Shown: positions 54,122 through 63,956 of the stretch, one piece after another | Position numbering within the stretch: the stretch's first letter is position 1 | Layout of the letters: each line of letters begins with the position of its first letter | From: Laetmonice hystrix | Taxonomy: Eukaryota | Reading direction: 5' to 3' | Length of the DNA stretch: 64,000 bases | Assembly: GCA_965235115.1 (NCBI GenBank) | Contig: OZ249436.1 | Coordinates: 35,900,001 to 35,964,000, forward strand | Translations under genes and position numbers: made by a program | Notes under the pieces: generated by a model | The model's database searches: none | Told to the model about the DNA's origin: nothing | The model's input: the letters and a program-made list of their open reading frames with translations, nothing else

Positions 54122-57100
54122 CTTTGAACATTTTCACTGGCGTAAATGAGCAAAAAGTGAAAATGTTCAAAATCAAACCTTTTTTTTTTTTTTTTTTTTT
54201 TTACCACTTCTATAACTTGGAGACCGTTATGACAAATAGAAATGGTAAAAAATAAAAAATAAAAAATAAAAAATTCTAAACAGTAATTAGTAATTAACAT
54301 GACGAACATATCAATTTCAAACGCTCTTAACAAAAAAAGTAACCTGGTGAGGTATCATTTTTTTGCTGAATTTTGAAAGAGGACAACATACTCTGTTAAT
54401 CTGCAAAATTTAAAAAAAATCTGTCTCAAACAAATTTTTGGCCTCACACTAGCACTTGTCCTTAAGACAGTTAAAACTTGTGCTTAAATTTCAGCCTAGC
54501 ACCACAGGAGATGTCGGCACATAGGGCACTGAGGCCGAGCATGGGGTTATTTCAGTTCTCCCATTTGTCTTGACCAGGGCTGTCATGCCAGTATTACATG
54601 TCATTAAACTGTAACACTAACGGTATCCTAAGACTTACCTTGAATCGGTTACATTTTCTGTTGTTTCCTGGAGCAGCCGTGTAGAGATCGAACCGATGAC
54701 CTTTTTTTCTGCCTTCAGGGGGTAATGTGCGAACTTCCGCAGATGGATCCAGAGTCAATGTCCCGACATGCTACAATCAGAAGTAATTTAATCAATCGTA
54801 AAAAAAACACGGAATCACCATACCCAATAATATCGAAAATGCACAAAAATAGTAAGCAATATGATACAATAAAAATCGATTTGATTTCAAGGTGATGGGA
54901 ATTTTAATACTTCATGAGAAAAATATCAACCACCTTTAATATTTTGAGCCCGTGCCAGATCATTTATAACTTGATTAATAACTACATGAAATATAATCAA
55001 CAAATTTATTACAATACTGCATGTTGGTGGGGCCATATCAGTATGTATGTAGTTGTAGTACTTAGGGTGTACATGCATGTAGCTATGTTTTTAAGTATGC
55101 ACCCAGGTATCAGGTTTCCGACACCTGAGCCTGAGTCAAGTCAAGATCCCTGGTATTAGGGGGGCACGTTCTTTATCTTACAGTGTAAAGGCACATGCAA
55201 ATAAAGACACCTGTACGCCTACAGCACACCAGCTTCACCACTATAAATCAGTACTACATATCAATTCAAAAACAAGGTGGAATTAAATAACCAAAAATAA
55301 CAAAGGGTTGTAGAAAACAAAGCCAAAAACCACTGTGTATGATTTCTGAAATAATTTCAGAGGACTGATTTATAAATTAAATTATACTGATAGTGATACG
55401 ACGTACTAGTAACAACTAAGAATACGAAATAATATATTACCCCAAATTATCATTTGGCTTCTGTAAATATTCCTCCTTTATTTTTATGGGGTCTCCGTCC
55501 CATTCCCACCACCGGACTAATTTTCAGTACACAACTTGTTATCATCCCTAGTAATTATTGTAACTAACGTCTCTACTTCATCATTCATTCATAAAACACC
55601 AATACTCCTCAATCTAAGTAACTGATGGCTAAATCAATGACTGGGGAAATTTGTACCAGTACCCGGTATATCGGCATCCAACTCTACTTCTTAAAGCCAC
55701 ACAGATTAGCAGACAGTTACTGTAGTACTTACTAATATGTGACCAGGCAGACTGAACATTTTCTTTCTGTCAGCATGGTGCTGCCAGGCCAAACCATTTT
55801 GGGGAAATTTCTTTCTGATTTTAGCTTTACAAGCTGACACCAATATTTTTTGTGGAGCTGGGAAGGGAATTTTTTTTTGTATAATATGATGTAGTACAAG
55901 TTTTCGTAAGTATTTAGGTCGTTACGTCATTACACAAATTATATTTTAAAGCTTTTTTTCTCCCTGTCGTATCAAAAGTATCCTACGATATATTCTGACA
56001 CGGCGTACCCATTTAGGTTACTAGCATAGCCAAGTATAGGTACAGCCAGAAATCAACAGTGCACTAATGTTTAGATGCCTAAACACTGCTAACCAGTTAT
56101 GAATTCCAAAGAAGGAAGGAGAAATGCCATTCACTTCACTTACCTGCTTTACCTCAAGAAAGAAAAATATAAACGTTTGCAACGGTCATCATGTAAATCG
56201 TCAATAGACAAAATTGCTCCCAAACTTTCAAAATATTCAGTGTGGATTTATAGATAATCATGATTTCAATTTAATTTCAAAAGTAAGTCAAATGTTCTTT
56301 TATACTTGACGGGACTATTGGGTCACAAGACAAAACAGATCCTTACAAGAAAAGGCCCACATACTATAAACACAATACAGTGGCATGCTTAAAATAAGAA
56401 AGATTCGGGTGTAGTCAGGTCGTCATCGACCTAGACCACAGATCTGACATCAAGAAGGTTGTTACCTTCTTACACATAAATAACGCTACTCTGGAAAAAA
56501 ACATTCAGTGAGTAAAACCTGGTAGGTTTCATAGGTCTCCTGTGACAACGTCAAGCACCACTTCCACGGTAGGTGTTTCTAGTGTAGGGTAAACTGACAT
56601 TTTGTCTGGCCAGGAGGCCCTAGCTGATTTACTCTGCTTCACGACATAGCAGACTGGAGATAGCAGAACGCCCTTCCCACCCAAGAGATTCTGGATCAGA
56701 CTCCTTGAGAAAGGTTAGGTTGATGTGACTCTGAGTGTCAAAAATGTAATGATGTGTTCATTGATGAATATCGTGTCTCTGTGACCTGTGAAAAGTCTGG
56801 TCATTTCAATGCACTGCCTTATCACAATGAGCTACAGAATGAAAAAGGCTTCAAAATAAACTTCAAAACTTGCGACTTCGCAGATCAAAATTGTGCCACT
56901 CGAACATTCACACACAGGAATTACACGTATCGCATACAGTAGATCATTGGGTTTGATTAAACCGCACAGGAAGTTACACTCCTTAATCTAAAAAGATGAT
57001 AAAAAGAGCATTTGTCAAAATTGATCAACTAAGTCCTTTTGCGAATAATCACATAACATGGGCTACTGCTTGATATTCTCCAGATCATCTAAACTAATAT

Positions 57101-59215
57101 AGAAGAAATATAGGCCATGGAGACGGAGTAAGTAGGCACGTGTTTGACGGTAGGCCTATGAAGGAAATTTATGTGACACCTACTGCATTCCGGGCATTGG
57201 TCTTTTGTGATGCAAATATGAAGAGAACATTTCCTCTGAGGACGACCCAGTACTTGCTCCAATCCTACAATGTAAAAATGCAAGTATAAGAATATTATAG
57301 AGAGGAGTGCACTGCAATTCAGTACATTTGTGTATCTTTGGCTGACCCAGCACCTATCATCAGGCACAGACAGTAGGCTATTAGAGGTGTTGAAAGCAGT
57401 ATAATACATATAATGATGGCAATGTGACGTTTCTGTATTCTCTACATGTTTCTGTATTGCACTTGGCCAGTACAATAAAGAAACATAATTCGGTCATCAG
57501 TAACCCCCTTTTCCTGTGAGCTGCAAATAAAGGTTTGACAATAAGCAAACTTTTTCAGGCCACTGGACAAGGACAGGTCAAAATCTGATAAGATAGTTTA
57601 GGCATTTTGCATAAAAAGAGGGGTAACAATCGATAGGCCTAACTTCATTGAAGATTTCAAATTGGCAAGTTCAGAAAATATGGGGCAATTTTGGGTCATA
57701 TTCTATATTCTATGATATGCTACTAAGGTTTCACCTAATGGATTTTTTTTAACAAATTCTGAGTCTTTTTCTTATCCTGTTAAAACTCATATTTGCCAAA
57801 TAATACAGGTACATCTCATGAGCAGATCCGGTAGAACAATTACTGCAAACACTGACCCGTAGTGCCTGCCTAAACATCAGAAGATGGGCACTGGACTGGG
57901 CAATCAGCCAAATATATACCCGGAACTGTTAGACAACAATTTAAGAATCACACCATGCCTCTTTATAAATTGAGTTTCCATTATAAATTTACCTGCATCC
58001 CATTGGTTATAAATCGCAAACATGCATTTTTATTCAATTACTGTTGGCTCTCTCGGGCTGAGCTGAGCTGCAGCATCACAAATAGGAAACTTATTTCAAA
58101 TTGGAGCCTTGTCAACAAGGTTTGCAGCGATGACATGATTTACCCCTGTCACACCATGAGAGGAAGTGCATGTGTATCTACCTATTTCCAGCATCAAAGG
58201 AGTTCTATAGTGTTATTCACTATGATGGACAAAAAGACTGATGCTACCATGGGACATGTCATGAACAGGAAACCGAAATGTTTGAAATAAAATGTGTGGC
58301 TTAACCAAAATGATTTCCTTAAGTGAGAAGGAAATACATGTAGGCCTATTATATAGGCTTATCACCCTCCATCCAATTGGAACCTATCAAATGTCTAGCT
58401 TTCTTGAGTAGGCCTATTTTTACAATTACATAATTTACATCCCCATGAAGGGAAGGCCTTCAAGAATAATTTACTGAACAAATACCCAAACGATGAAAAC
58501 ACACAATACAATTCGTTTGAGCTTTTTCAGAAAGCCTACTCATGCTAGGCCTACCCCAGAAACAACACTCAAGTCAAGGATCCAGACAATCAGGCAATTT
58601 TTATCGCCCTAACTAGTATTTCAAATTATTAATCATGATTGATCATGAACCTGATCATTAACATGATTGTCAAAAGGTAGCCCCCCCCCCCCCCATCAGT
58701 CCTATACCTAACCACTTACACGAAGTTGAAGGGGCCTATGGAGACGTGTATACGCAGTGTGGGTGTGTATTTATTGGGGGGGGGGGGGGGGGGGGCGTGA
58801 CTGTCAGGAGCGCCATGTGCAAACATCGCCTTATGACAAACACGTTCTGACACTCTGTCTTTTTTTGCCGTTGAGACGAGATCGGAAAAGTTAATCTTTA
58901 GCTATTATAATCTCAGACAACCTTCTCAGTGTACAGTGACCCCAGTGACGAGGGCTCGCTCAATTCAATCTATTTCTGGCCTGTAAACACCACACCCCGT
59001 CTTGGTTAGATCTCGCCCTGTCGTCACAACATAACAAACGTTTACCTTCTTGTAATTAACCATTCCGATTTGAAATCTTTGAAAGTATATATTACATTTC
59101 CCATGAAGACTAGAAGCTCAAGTTAATTTACCTTTGCGTTGGGATCCTTATGATACAGCCATCCTTCATGATACTTTTTAGATCGACTTGGGTCTCCAAA
59201 AGAATCGTCCGCCAT
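17869..59215 (-). CDS. STAP: Signal-transducing adaptor protein (STAP1/STAP2-like): N-terminal PH domain, Pro/Ser-rich linker, SH2 domain, Pro-rich tail; spliced CDS ~2601 nt (~866 aa)
   Basis: Exons join with GT-AG sites and matching phases: 59215-59132, 57264-57184, 54770-54639, 49519-49463, 39366-39209, 39057-38217, 26862-26816, 26455-26312, 25200-25131, 24899-24731, 24014-23778, 23220-23116, 19879-19826, 18846-18538, 17981-17869. PH signatures: YHEGWLYHK, WSKYWVVLRGNVLFIF, ERDVWKSYI. The post-PH VPRDVHVLPGQ resembles the STAP VP...LLPGQ motif (recalled). SH2: WFFENTSREVAE...GNVLVRES...GSYVIS...NHYEV. Confidence 0.85.
18538..18846 (-). CDS. STAP: STAP-like exon 14, polyproline/Gly-rich
   Basis: Acceptor TTTCCCGTAG|, donor GCG|GTATGT; 309 nt within the 122-aa ORF. 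Confidence 0.85.
19826..19879 (-). CDS. STAP: STAP-like exon 13 (GAGPPPEGGFSDPSLNRT)
   Basis: Acceptor TCTTTCAG|, donor CAG|GTAAAT; 54 nt, phase 1-1; composition matches neighbouring exons. Confidence 0.68.
19895..20445. repeat. 27-28-bp minisatellite (~20 copies)
   Basis: Unit GGTGTCACTGTGACATGTTGACCAGGGA, with the internal palindrome TGTCAC-T-GTGACA. Confidence 0.95.
20721..20944. repeat. 32-bp minisatellite, 7 essentially perfect copies
   Basis: Unit TGAACCAGTTACCTGATGTATACATGTACACG. Confidence 0.97.
22215..22350. mobile_element. Palindromic MITE, PIF/Harbinger-like
   Basis: TIRs GGTCCAGTTCGTAAAAA / TTTTTACGAACTGGGCC; 3-bp CTG on both flanks; the whole element is a near-palindrome with CTTAAG repeats. 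Confidence 0.8.
22551..22647. repeat. 18-bp minisatellite (~5 copies)
   Basis: Unit ACACCAAGTACAGCAATG. Confidence 0.95.
22960..22971 (-). CDS. STAP: Candidate 12-nt microexon of the STAP-like gene (adds ARAR)
   Basis: CTTTTTCACGTCAATCAG|CACGAGCAAGAG|GTAAGA; frame-preserving. Confidence 0.45.
23116..23220 (-). CDS. STAP: STAP-like exon 12 (WDQSRLSIPPVPPPPPPGAGMGSMDTYGGRAVYD)
   Basis: Acceptor GTTACAG|, donor ATG|GTAAGA; 105 nt, phase 1-1. Confidence 0.8.
23778..24014 (-). CDS. STAP: STAP-like exon 11 (DRGYDIDDDHQSTPP...MKKKTP)
   Basis: Acceptor AACGCAG|, donor |GTAAGT; 237 nt, phase 1-1. Confidence 0.82.
24731..24899 (-). CDS. STAP: STAP-like exon 10, SH2 alphaB (HRPMRSLYEVMEFFV...DDSGFDDP)
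   Basis: SL.E...FF SH2 helix; acceptor CCAACAG|, donor CAG|GTGAAT (a same-phase alternative donor lies 12 nt further). Confidence 0.85.
25131..25200 (-). CDS. STAP: STAP-like exon 9, SH2 (GTQLNHYEVQKTPHGFKINVDND)
   Basis: SH2 betaD HY motif; acceptor CTTACAG|, donor |GTGAGT; 70 nt. Confidence 0.88.
26312..26455 (-). CDS. STAP: STAP-like exon 8, SH2 N-terminal half (WFFENTSREVAESTL...GNVLVRES...GSYVISMRR)
   Basis: SH2 WF, SREVAE helix and LVRES motifs; acceptor CTTCAG|, donor |GTACGT; 144 nt. Confidence 0.9.
26816..26862 (-). CDS. STAP: STAP-like exon 7 (VHQFYTDGRRNKEHPP)
   Basis: Acceptor CCTTACAG|, donor |GTGAGT; 47 nt; supplies the required phase 0-2 bridge to the SH2 exon. Confidence 0.8.
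27232..27323. mobile_element. Short MITE, PIF/Harbinger-like
   Basis: TIRs GGCCCGGTTTCAGAAAGGTTAG / CTAACCTTTATAAAACCGGGCC; CTG duplicated at 27229-27231 and 27324-27326. Confidence 0.75.
36570..36875. repeat. 33-34-bp minisatellite (~9 copies)
   Basis: Unit GAGATGAACCCTGATGATACGAATATACTCGGCT. Confidence 0.95.
37104..37629. mobile_element. Long-inverted-repeat MITE (~525 bp)
   Basis: Left arm AATACCAAAGTTCTAATTTCTTGTGTATAGCATAGTCAT pairs with right arm ATGACTATGCTATACACAAAAATTAGAACTTTGGTATT; pairing continues inward (TTTTCGAGAAAA/TTTTCTCGAAAA). TSD unresolved. Confidence 0.8.
38217..39057 (-). CDS. STAP: STAP-like exon 6, Ser/Pro-rich linker with DYG repeats
   Basis: GC-rich 841-nt open frame within the 313-aa ORF; acceptor TTTCCCCCAG|, donor TTC|GTAAGT; phase 2-0. 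Confidence 0.88.
39209..39366 (-). CDS. STAP: STAP-like exon 5 (GIVPRDVHVLPGQLKDIVEAI...SGSQ)
   Basis: Acceptor TTTACAG|, donor AAG|GTGTGC; 158 nt, phase 0-2; LPGQ motif. Confidence 0.85.
41895..42040. mobile_element. Possible degenerate SINE fragment
   Basis: GGGGCAAGCCCTACTCTTCGA...CCTTTACG...GCCTTTGAT...GAGCACT resembles, from recall only, the conserved central domain of invertebrate SINEs. Confidence 0.3.
42232..42848. repeat. 56-bp minisatellite (11 copies)
   Basis: Unit TTGCGGAGCACTGGGGAGGACCAATGAGAGACGTGGCACTTTACGGATCCAAAACC. Confidence 0.97.
44718..45223. mobile_element. Non-autonomous TIR element with 6-bp TSD and TA...TA termini (IS3EU-like)
   Basis: CAACAG at 44712-44717 and 45224-45229; imperfect TIR TACAAAGCTGTATTAGGGCCATGACGAAAAA / TTTTTCTTCATGGCCCTCATGCACCTTCATA; interior made of ~21-bp CGTACGTACGACTTACTAAC repeats in both orientations. 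Confidence 0.72.
49463..49519 (-). CDS. STAP: STAP-like exon 4 (FDKENERDVWKSYIIGLST; PH C-terminal helix)
   Basis: Acceptor TCTTTCAG|, donor ACG|GTAAGT; 57 nt; conserved PH helix Trp. Confidence 0.87.
51699..52227. mobile_element. Kolobok-like non-autonomous element
   Basis: TTAA on both flanks (51695-51698, 52228-52231); TIR AGGGGCATGCTATGA / TCATAATATGCCCCT (13/15). Confidence 0.75.
52896..53100. repeat. 25-bp minisatellite (8 copies)
   Basis: Unit CAATCCCTTTGTGATGGGGAAAGGG. Confidence 0.96.
53834..54461. mobile_element. Young palindromic MITE with TTAA TSD (Kolobok-like)
   Basis: TTAA|GGACAAGTGCTAGTGTGAGGCCAAA ... TTTGGCCTCACACTAGCACTTGTCC|TTAA; near-perfect ~150-bp outer arms plus an inner inverted pair with poly-T/poly-A tracts. 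Confidence 0.88.
54639..54770 (-). CDS. STAP: STAP-like exon 3 (HVGTLTLDPSAEV...HRFDLYT...NRFK; PH beta4-7)
   Basis: Acceptor TTGTAG|, donor AAG|GTAAGT; 132 nt, phase 0-0. Confidence 0.87.
57184..57264 (-). CDS. STAP: STAP-like exon 2 (DWSKYWVVLRGNVLFIFASQKTNARNA; PH beta2-3)
   Basis: Acceptor TTGTAG|, donor |GTAGGT; 81 nt; classic PH W..YW.VL.G..L..F pattern. Confidence 0.87.
59132..59215 (-). CDS. STAP: STAP-like exon 1 (MADDSFGDPSRSKKYHEGWLYHKDPNAK; PH beta1)
   Basis: AAGATGG start context; donor AAG|GTAAAT; 84 nt, phase 0. Confidence 0.85.
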
Positions 59216-59299
59216 CTTCCCGTGTCACGCATGGGTGACCACCCTGTTCTGGGCAAACTTGTTGAACAAATCCTTGACAGAACAACACCACTATGGTCC

Positions 59300-59600
59300 C
59301 AGTCCTTGTCCCAGTAACTGTGGAGACAACTGACCCCTCTGTGGATCTTCAGTAAAACTGGAGGTATCCAGGTTTGCTAGCGAGCCATGAATACACCCAA
59401 GTCCGTCAGCGACTGTTCCACGCCCCGCTGACCACGGCCGCCTTCACCCTACCCAGTCACTTTCTCCGCGAAGCAGTTACAGGTGCTCATTGGCCGGCGG
59501 CGGGAGCAAAGACGTATTCGAATAACAAATGCACGTGGTCACCCCGTGCGTCCAAACATTCGATCCCCCTAGGTTGTTAGTCGCAGAGTTTGATCCAAGA
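59300..59600 (-). promoter_or_regulatory. Probable promoter region of the STAP-like gene
   Basis: CpG-richer patch just upstream of exon 1, with CCAAT (ATTGG on + near 59489) and an E-box CACGTG near 59532. Position-based inference only. Confidence 0.35.
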
Positions 59601-59800
59601 GCAGGCGGTAGAAGATAGTGAACAGAGACAGCTGCGATTTGAGGGTTCATCTGCAAAACTCAGGAGTGGATCGGAAGTTATGCTGGAATCAGTGAAGAAG
59701 AAAGAAAAAAGAAGAAAAAAAGAGCAAAGTTCTCTGGAGTGGAAGCATATGTTGCCTATGCCGTTTCACCCTTCTTACTTCATACCTCAAACATACATGT

Positions 59801-60119
59801 CATAGGCGCCAGAAGCGCGGGGGCGGGGGCAGACCGCCCCCTCAATAATCTGGTTGGGGGGCATCGCCCCCCCCCCAATAATCTGTGATCATGAATGAAA
59901 AAAAGGCAGGTTTTTCCACATACAGTAGGCCTGTTGAAACCATGACTTGGGTGAGTCAAAGACTGGGTCGATTGTCCTAATAATACAGTTTTCAAAATTT
60001 TCTCGGGAGGGCTTCCGACCCTGCTTTACTAAACATGTTGTAGCCTATGACTTTCGCTTCAGCTCTCTTGCCGCCCCCCCCCCCCCCCCCCAAATAATAA
60101 TTTGCTTCCGGCGCGCCTG
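59801..60119. mobile_element. G/C-tract MITE, hAT-like termini
   Basis: CATAGGCGCCAGAAGC ... GCTTCCGGCGCGCCTG with G-rich left and C-rich right subtermini. Confidence 0.55.
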
Positions 60120-60147
60120 CAAACATATAGCCTACTAGATCTATAGT

Positions 60148-60252
60148 CAGTGGCGGATCAGGGGGGGGGGGGGTTACGGGGGTTGCACCCCCTCTTTTCT
60201 AATACCAAACATACCCCCCCCCCCGGCTGGCCCAACCCTAGATCCGCCACTT
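60148..60252. mobile_element. Short MITE with CAGTGGCGGATC termini
   Basis: CAGTGGCGGATC ... GATCCGCCACTTG; related ends occur at ~7510-7640, ~33630 and ~51202-51340. Confidence 0.65.
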
Positions 60253-62210
60253 GTAGTATTTTCCCCCATCCACATTTCTCATTCTCCTCTTGATTTACAC
60301 CTAACCCCGTCCAAGATTTAACAGACCATGAATGCGTGCGTCGTTAGGTGGGTGTCTGCAAATTAGGCCCGGGCCTACATAGGCCTACAGGAGAGCACGG
60401 AAGGCGGGGGGGGGGGGCGAATTTACATCTTGCCACGCTTCTCTATTCTTTTTAGAATTTGTTAACGTCCCCACGAAATTTTATTGGAACAAGTGACGAT
60501 CTCGAAGCAATATCGGAGCCTAATATAGTATGGTCCCCACTGTCGTGTGAGATGATCCATAGCCGGGGGGGGGGGGAGGCGCAGATCTAGGTTTGCGCCA
60601 AGGGGGGGGGGGGGTTGTGGGATGCCAAAGGGGGGGGATGGTTGTAGGGGGGTTGTGTATGAACCTTTCACGCAGGAAAAAAGAAAAATTACTTCGTAAC
60701 CGGGGGGGGGGGGTTATAACCCCAGTAACCCCCTCCCCCTAACAAAAAAAATAAACATCAGCCACTGGGTGCTAGTATAATTCCGCGAAATTGGAGTAAT
60801 CATACATATCTACATTTATGCATAAATAAGCTTTCAGATTTGATAGCCAGTTGTTTGAGATTGGCGACTGCATGCGAGGGAGTCAACAGGTTTTGTCAGC
60901 TAGAGGCTGCGTGCAGGGCCAACCCTGCTGCCATCTTGCGTCAAGTCGCCTCACTAAACGAGCGACGACAGCGTAGTTTTGCAGCAACTAAAGTATCAGG
61001 ATGTTTTACAGTGACTGCAGTGCAGCGTTTTCAGTCTTTATTTACCACTGTATTTTCTGACCAATATGATCAGATACACCAACAATAACCTGCATAATTA
61101 TTAACTTTGTTTACTTGTTTTTCTTTTAACTTAATGTATGGATTTCGCTATGCTGGCGACGTGTAATAATTCCCCCATAGACGGAAACTAGAAAATATAC
61201 ATTAAATTATAAACAACTTATAAATTGCTTGAAATAAACAGTCTGTGTAAAATCCACAAAACTAGCATAGGTGCAACCACAGATAGATTGAATATATTCA
61301 ATTAACACTAGTTCTTATATACTGAACGGCAATGAAAACGCATAGGCTGAAAATATAGCTCCAATATTATTTGAAAGAAACAGTCACATTTGATGTTTGA
61401 CAAGAAACCAGACGTACAAGAGAGGTAACTCAACGGAATAGACTATAGTACTCAGAAAACAACATTCCTGTTCTCAATAGTGATGAATATACATTTGGAC
61501 TCGTGCGTTTTCATAGCCGTTCAGTATACGGTACATGTACATGTACGATGGTTTCATGATGAATTTGCAAAGAACTTGCTAAGATTACGTCAAACTTGAA
61601 GATAATGTAAATGAAATTTCACTGATTTTGTTCCTTTCACTAGCACCGAATGGTTTAAATTTTCTCACACTGCATCAACAATTTCAGATTATGCCTACAA
61701 CTGCAACCTTTCTGCGGTGTGATAACGAAATCTACTAATCACACGTACCTGACATTCTATCATTCCAATCACACCATTTACAGCCACCTAATTCCGTGTT
61801 TCATTAAAGAAATAAACTAAAAAGCAACAAATTTCTCTTCTTTGAAAGCATCGTTGGCAAGAAAAAAAACAACACCTAGTTGAACCTAGGACCGCAGCAA
61901 GGAGGGACAAAAGGGGGGAAAAGACATTTTGCATCCTAAAATCTTTTTTAGCATCAAATAAATGCTAGTTTCATTAGACCAGATAGTAAGCATCTGACAC
62001 TCACAGGTAGAGCTCTTCAGCATAGAAGCTTTAGGAGCTGCCTCGCATCATAATAACCACATCATACTCCATATATTTGAAACAATAGAAAAATCTTGAT
62101 TGAATTATCAGGCAAGCCCAACAGACAACATTCTGTTGTACAGCATTGATTTGACACATATTTAATAACCCAGAATTGAAAATACTTGCTGGATATTGGT
62201 TTCAGAAAAG

Positions 62211-63230
62211 TTATAGAATGTCAAGTTTGAGATAGTCAAGAAGTCTTGGAGGTAAAGGAAGTTGGGCTATCCTTGGCAAAATGCTTGTTCCTCCCGTGCA
62301 CAGCATTAGAGCATGCCGCAACTTGATTCGACATTGTTGTAAAAGAGGCTGTGGTGTCCTCCCTTTGTCTTGGACAAGGTCCACAAAACTTGAATCAAAG
62401 TAGGAAGATCGACTTAGTTTTTGTATGTGCTCTACCTGAACACTACTTCCTGCTAGCATGAGCATGAAACATAAATCTGAGTGCCCTTCTGCTATACTGA
62501 ATGCAAGAACATCCATTCCTGTAAAATTAATATCATTAACATCACTCCCTGCTTGGATCAAATATTTTGCAACTTCCCTGTGGTTCAAAATCATTGCAAC
62601 AAAAAGGGCAGTCTCACAAGATTCTTCAATCTTTGCTTTGAGGTCAGCACCATTTTCCACTAGATAAATAACAGTGTCTAACTGATTTTCCATGGCAGCC
62701 TCTAATAATGGTGAAAAACGATAATCTCCACTGTGGTTGATGTCAGCACCACTTTCAACAAGAAGCTTGGTGATGTCAAGAAAGCCACGGTTACAAGAGT
62801 AATGTAAGGCTGTCATTCGACAGTCTCCTGGCTCAAGATTGAGGTTGCATCCGTTTTTGATGAGAACTTTTACGACTTCCAGGAAGCCACAACGTGAAGC
62901 TGCAATAAGTGGTGTCTCTCGTCTTTTTCGCACCCTTCCATAGTCATCTGTTTCCCTCACCTGGCTGTACATGTTAACATCTGCACCACCGTTGATTAAA
63001 ATCTGTACTGCACATGGATTCTCGGTAAGCACAGCTTCCATAAGTGGTGTACAACCATTATTCCAGATCAGATTTAGGTCAAAAACATAATTAACAAGCT
63101 CTTGTAGAACAACTGGATCATCTTCTCCGTGGTGAAATGCAGTGAATAGGTTCTCCACCTTGGAAAGACTTTCACTCAGCTCACTGAAGACATTGTCCAG
63201 GTTGTCATCTTCAATCTCTTCAGCACTCAT
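62211..63230 (-). CDS. ASB: Ankyrin repeat and SOCS box protein (ASB family), 339 aa, single coding exon
   Basis: About six ankyrin repeats (GCTPLMEAV, ETPLIAAS, MTALHYSC, FSPLLEAA, ETALFVAM, GMDVLAFS, mostly followed by L...GADVN-type turns). C-terminal SOCS box with BC box PLLQQCRIKLR and Cul5 box LPLPPRLLDYL. Confidence 0.93.
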   Translation of the reverse strand: MSAEEIEDDNLDNVFSELSESLSKVENLFTAFHHGEDDPVVLQELVNYVFDLNLIWNNGCTPLMEAVLTENPCAVQILINGGADVNMYSQVRETDDYGRVRKRRETPLIAASRCGFLEVVKVLIKNGCNLNLEPGDCRMTALHYSCNRGFLDITKLLVESGADINHSGDYRFSPLLEAAMENQLDTVIYLVENGADLKAKIEESCETALFVAMILNHREVAKYLIQAGSDVNDINFTGMDVLAFSIAEGHSDLCFMLMLAGSSVQVEHIQKLSRSSYFDSSFVDLVQDKGRTPQPLLQQCRIKLRHALMLCTGGTSILPRIAQLPLPPRLLDYLKLDIL

Positions 63231-63915
63231 AATTCCCTTGCTTTCTCTGGCTGTTTTTGCCTCCGTTGGTTTGACTTTGGCAAGACTGAAAGTAAAAAGC
63301 AGAAAGATGATGATGAGGGGGTCACCATCTTTAGGCTAAGGCCAAGGGGTAGGGGTTGGGGTACGGGGGGGGGGGGGGGCTGCAGTTTTTATCTGATCAT
63401 TTTCATTTATTTCACAATGCCAAAGGCAAAAGGGGGAAACTTTATTTTTTCAGGGCAGTAAACTAAAAGCTGGAAATATTTTTTCACATTAGCAAAGGGT
63501 CTTTTGACATTTATCTCTCCCCCCCCCCCCCCCGCCCCCGATTGCCCGAATCCGCTAAGCCCAAGACAAGTGCTTCCTGTCTTGGCATAAGCCTTAGATT
63601 TAGAACTTACTTTAGTTGGAGTAGGCTTATAGTACTACTAGCTGTCTCTAATGTGACCTTGTCTGTGTCTGTGGTGTTAGACCTGTTTAGACTTTAGTCT
63701 GTAACTGATTGACACTGACAGGAGCTCCAACTCTTAGAGACGAGCGGCCTCTAGCGGGAAAAAGGGGCTGGTGATCGAGACTACTCCAACTCTCCAACTC
63801 CAACTCCAAGCAAGCAGATTTCGAGGGGTTAACTGTCTTTCAGTTGCCTAACAGCTGTTTAAACTGGTCTTAAATCATAACAGGGCTTTGTTGAGAATAC
63901 GCATGCATACTTTAC

Positions 63916-63956
63916 CTCAGAAGAATAGGGCTTAATTTTCAACAATGCCGAGACAA
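63916..63956 (-). other. Candidate non-coding 5' UTR exon of the ASB gene
   Basis: CATCTTGCAG| ... GAG|GTAAAG would splice to the acceptor TTTACTTTCAG| at 63285. It has an in-frame stop, which supports the ATG at 63230 as the start. Confidence 0.45.

Noticed and set aside
55732..55776. Possible alternative first exon (AGCACCATG...TTA|GTAAGT)
   Set aside because: The good-context ATG is out of phase with exon 3, and the in-phase ATG would truncate the PH domain.
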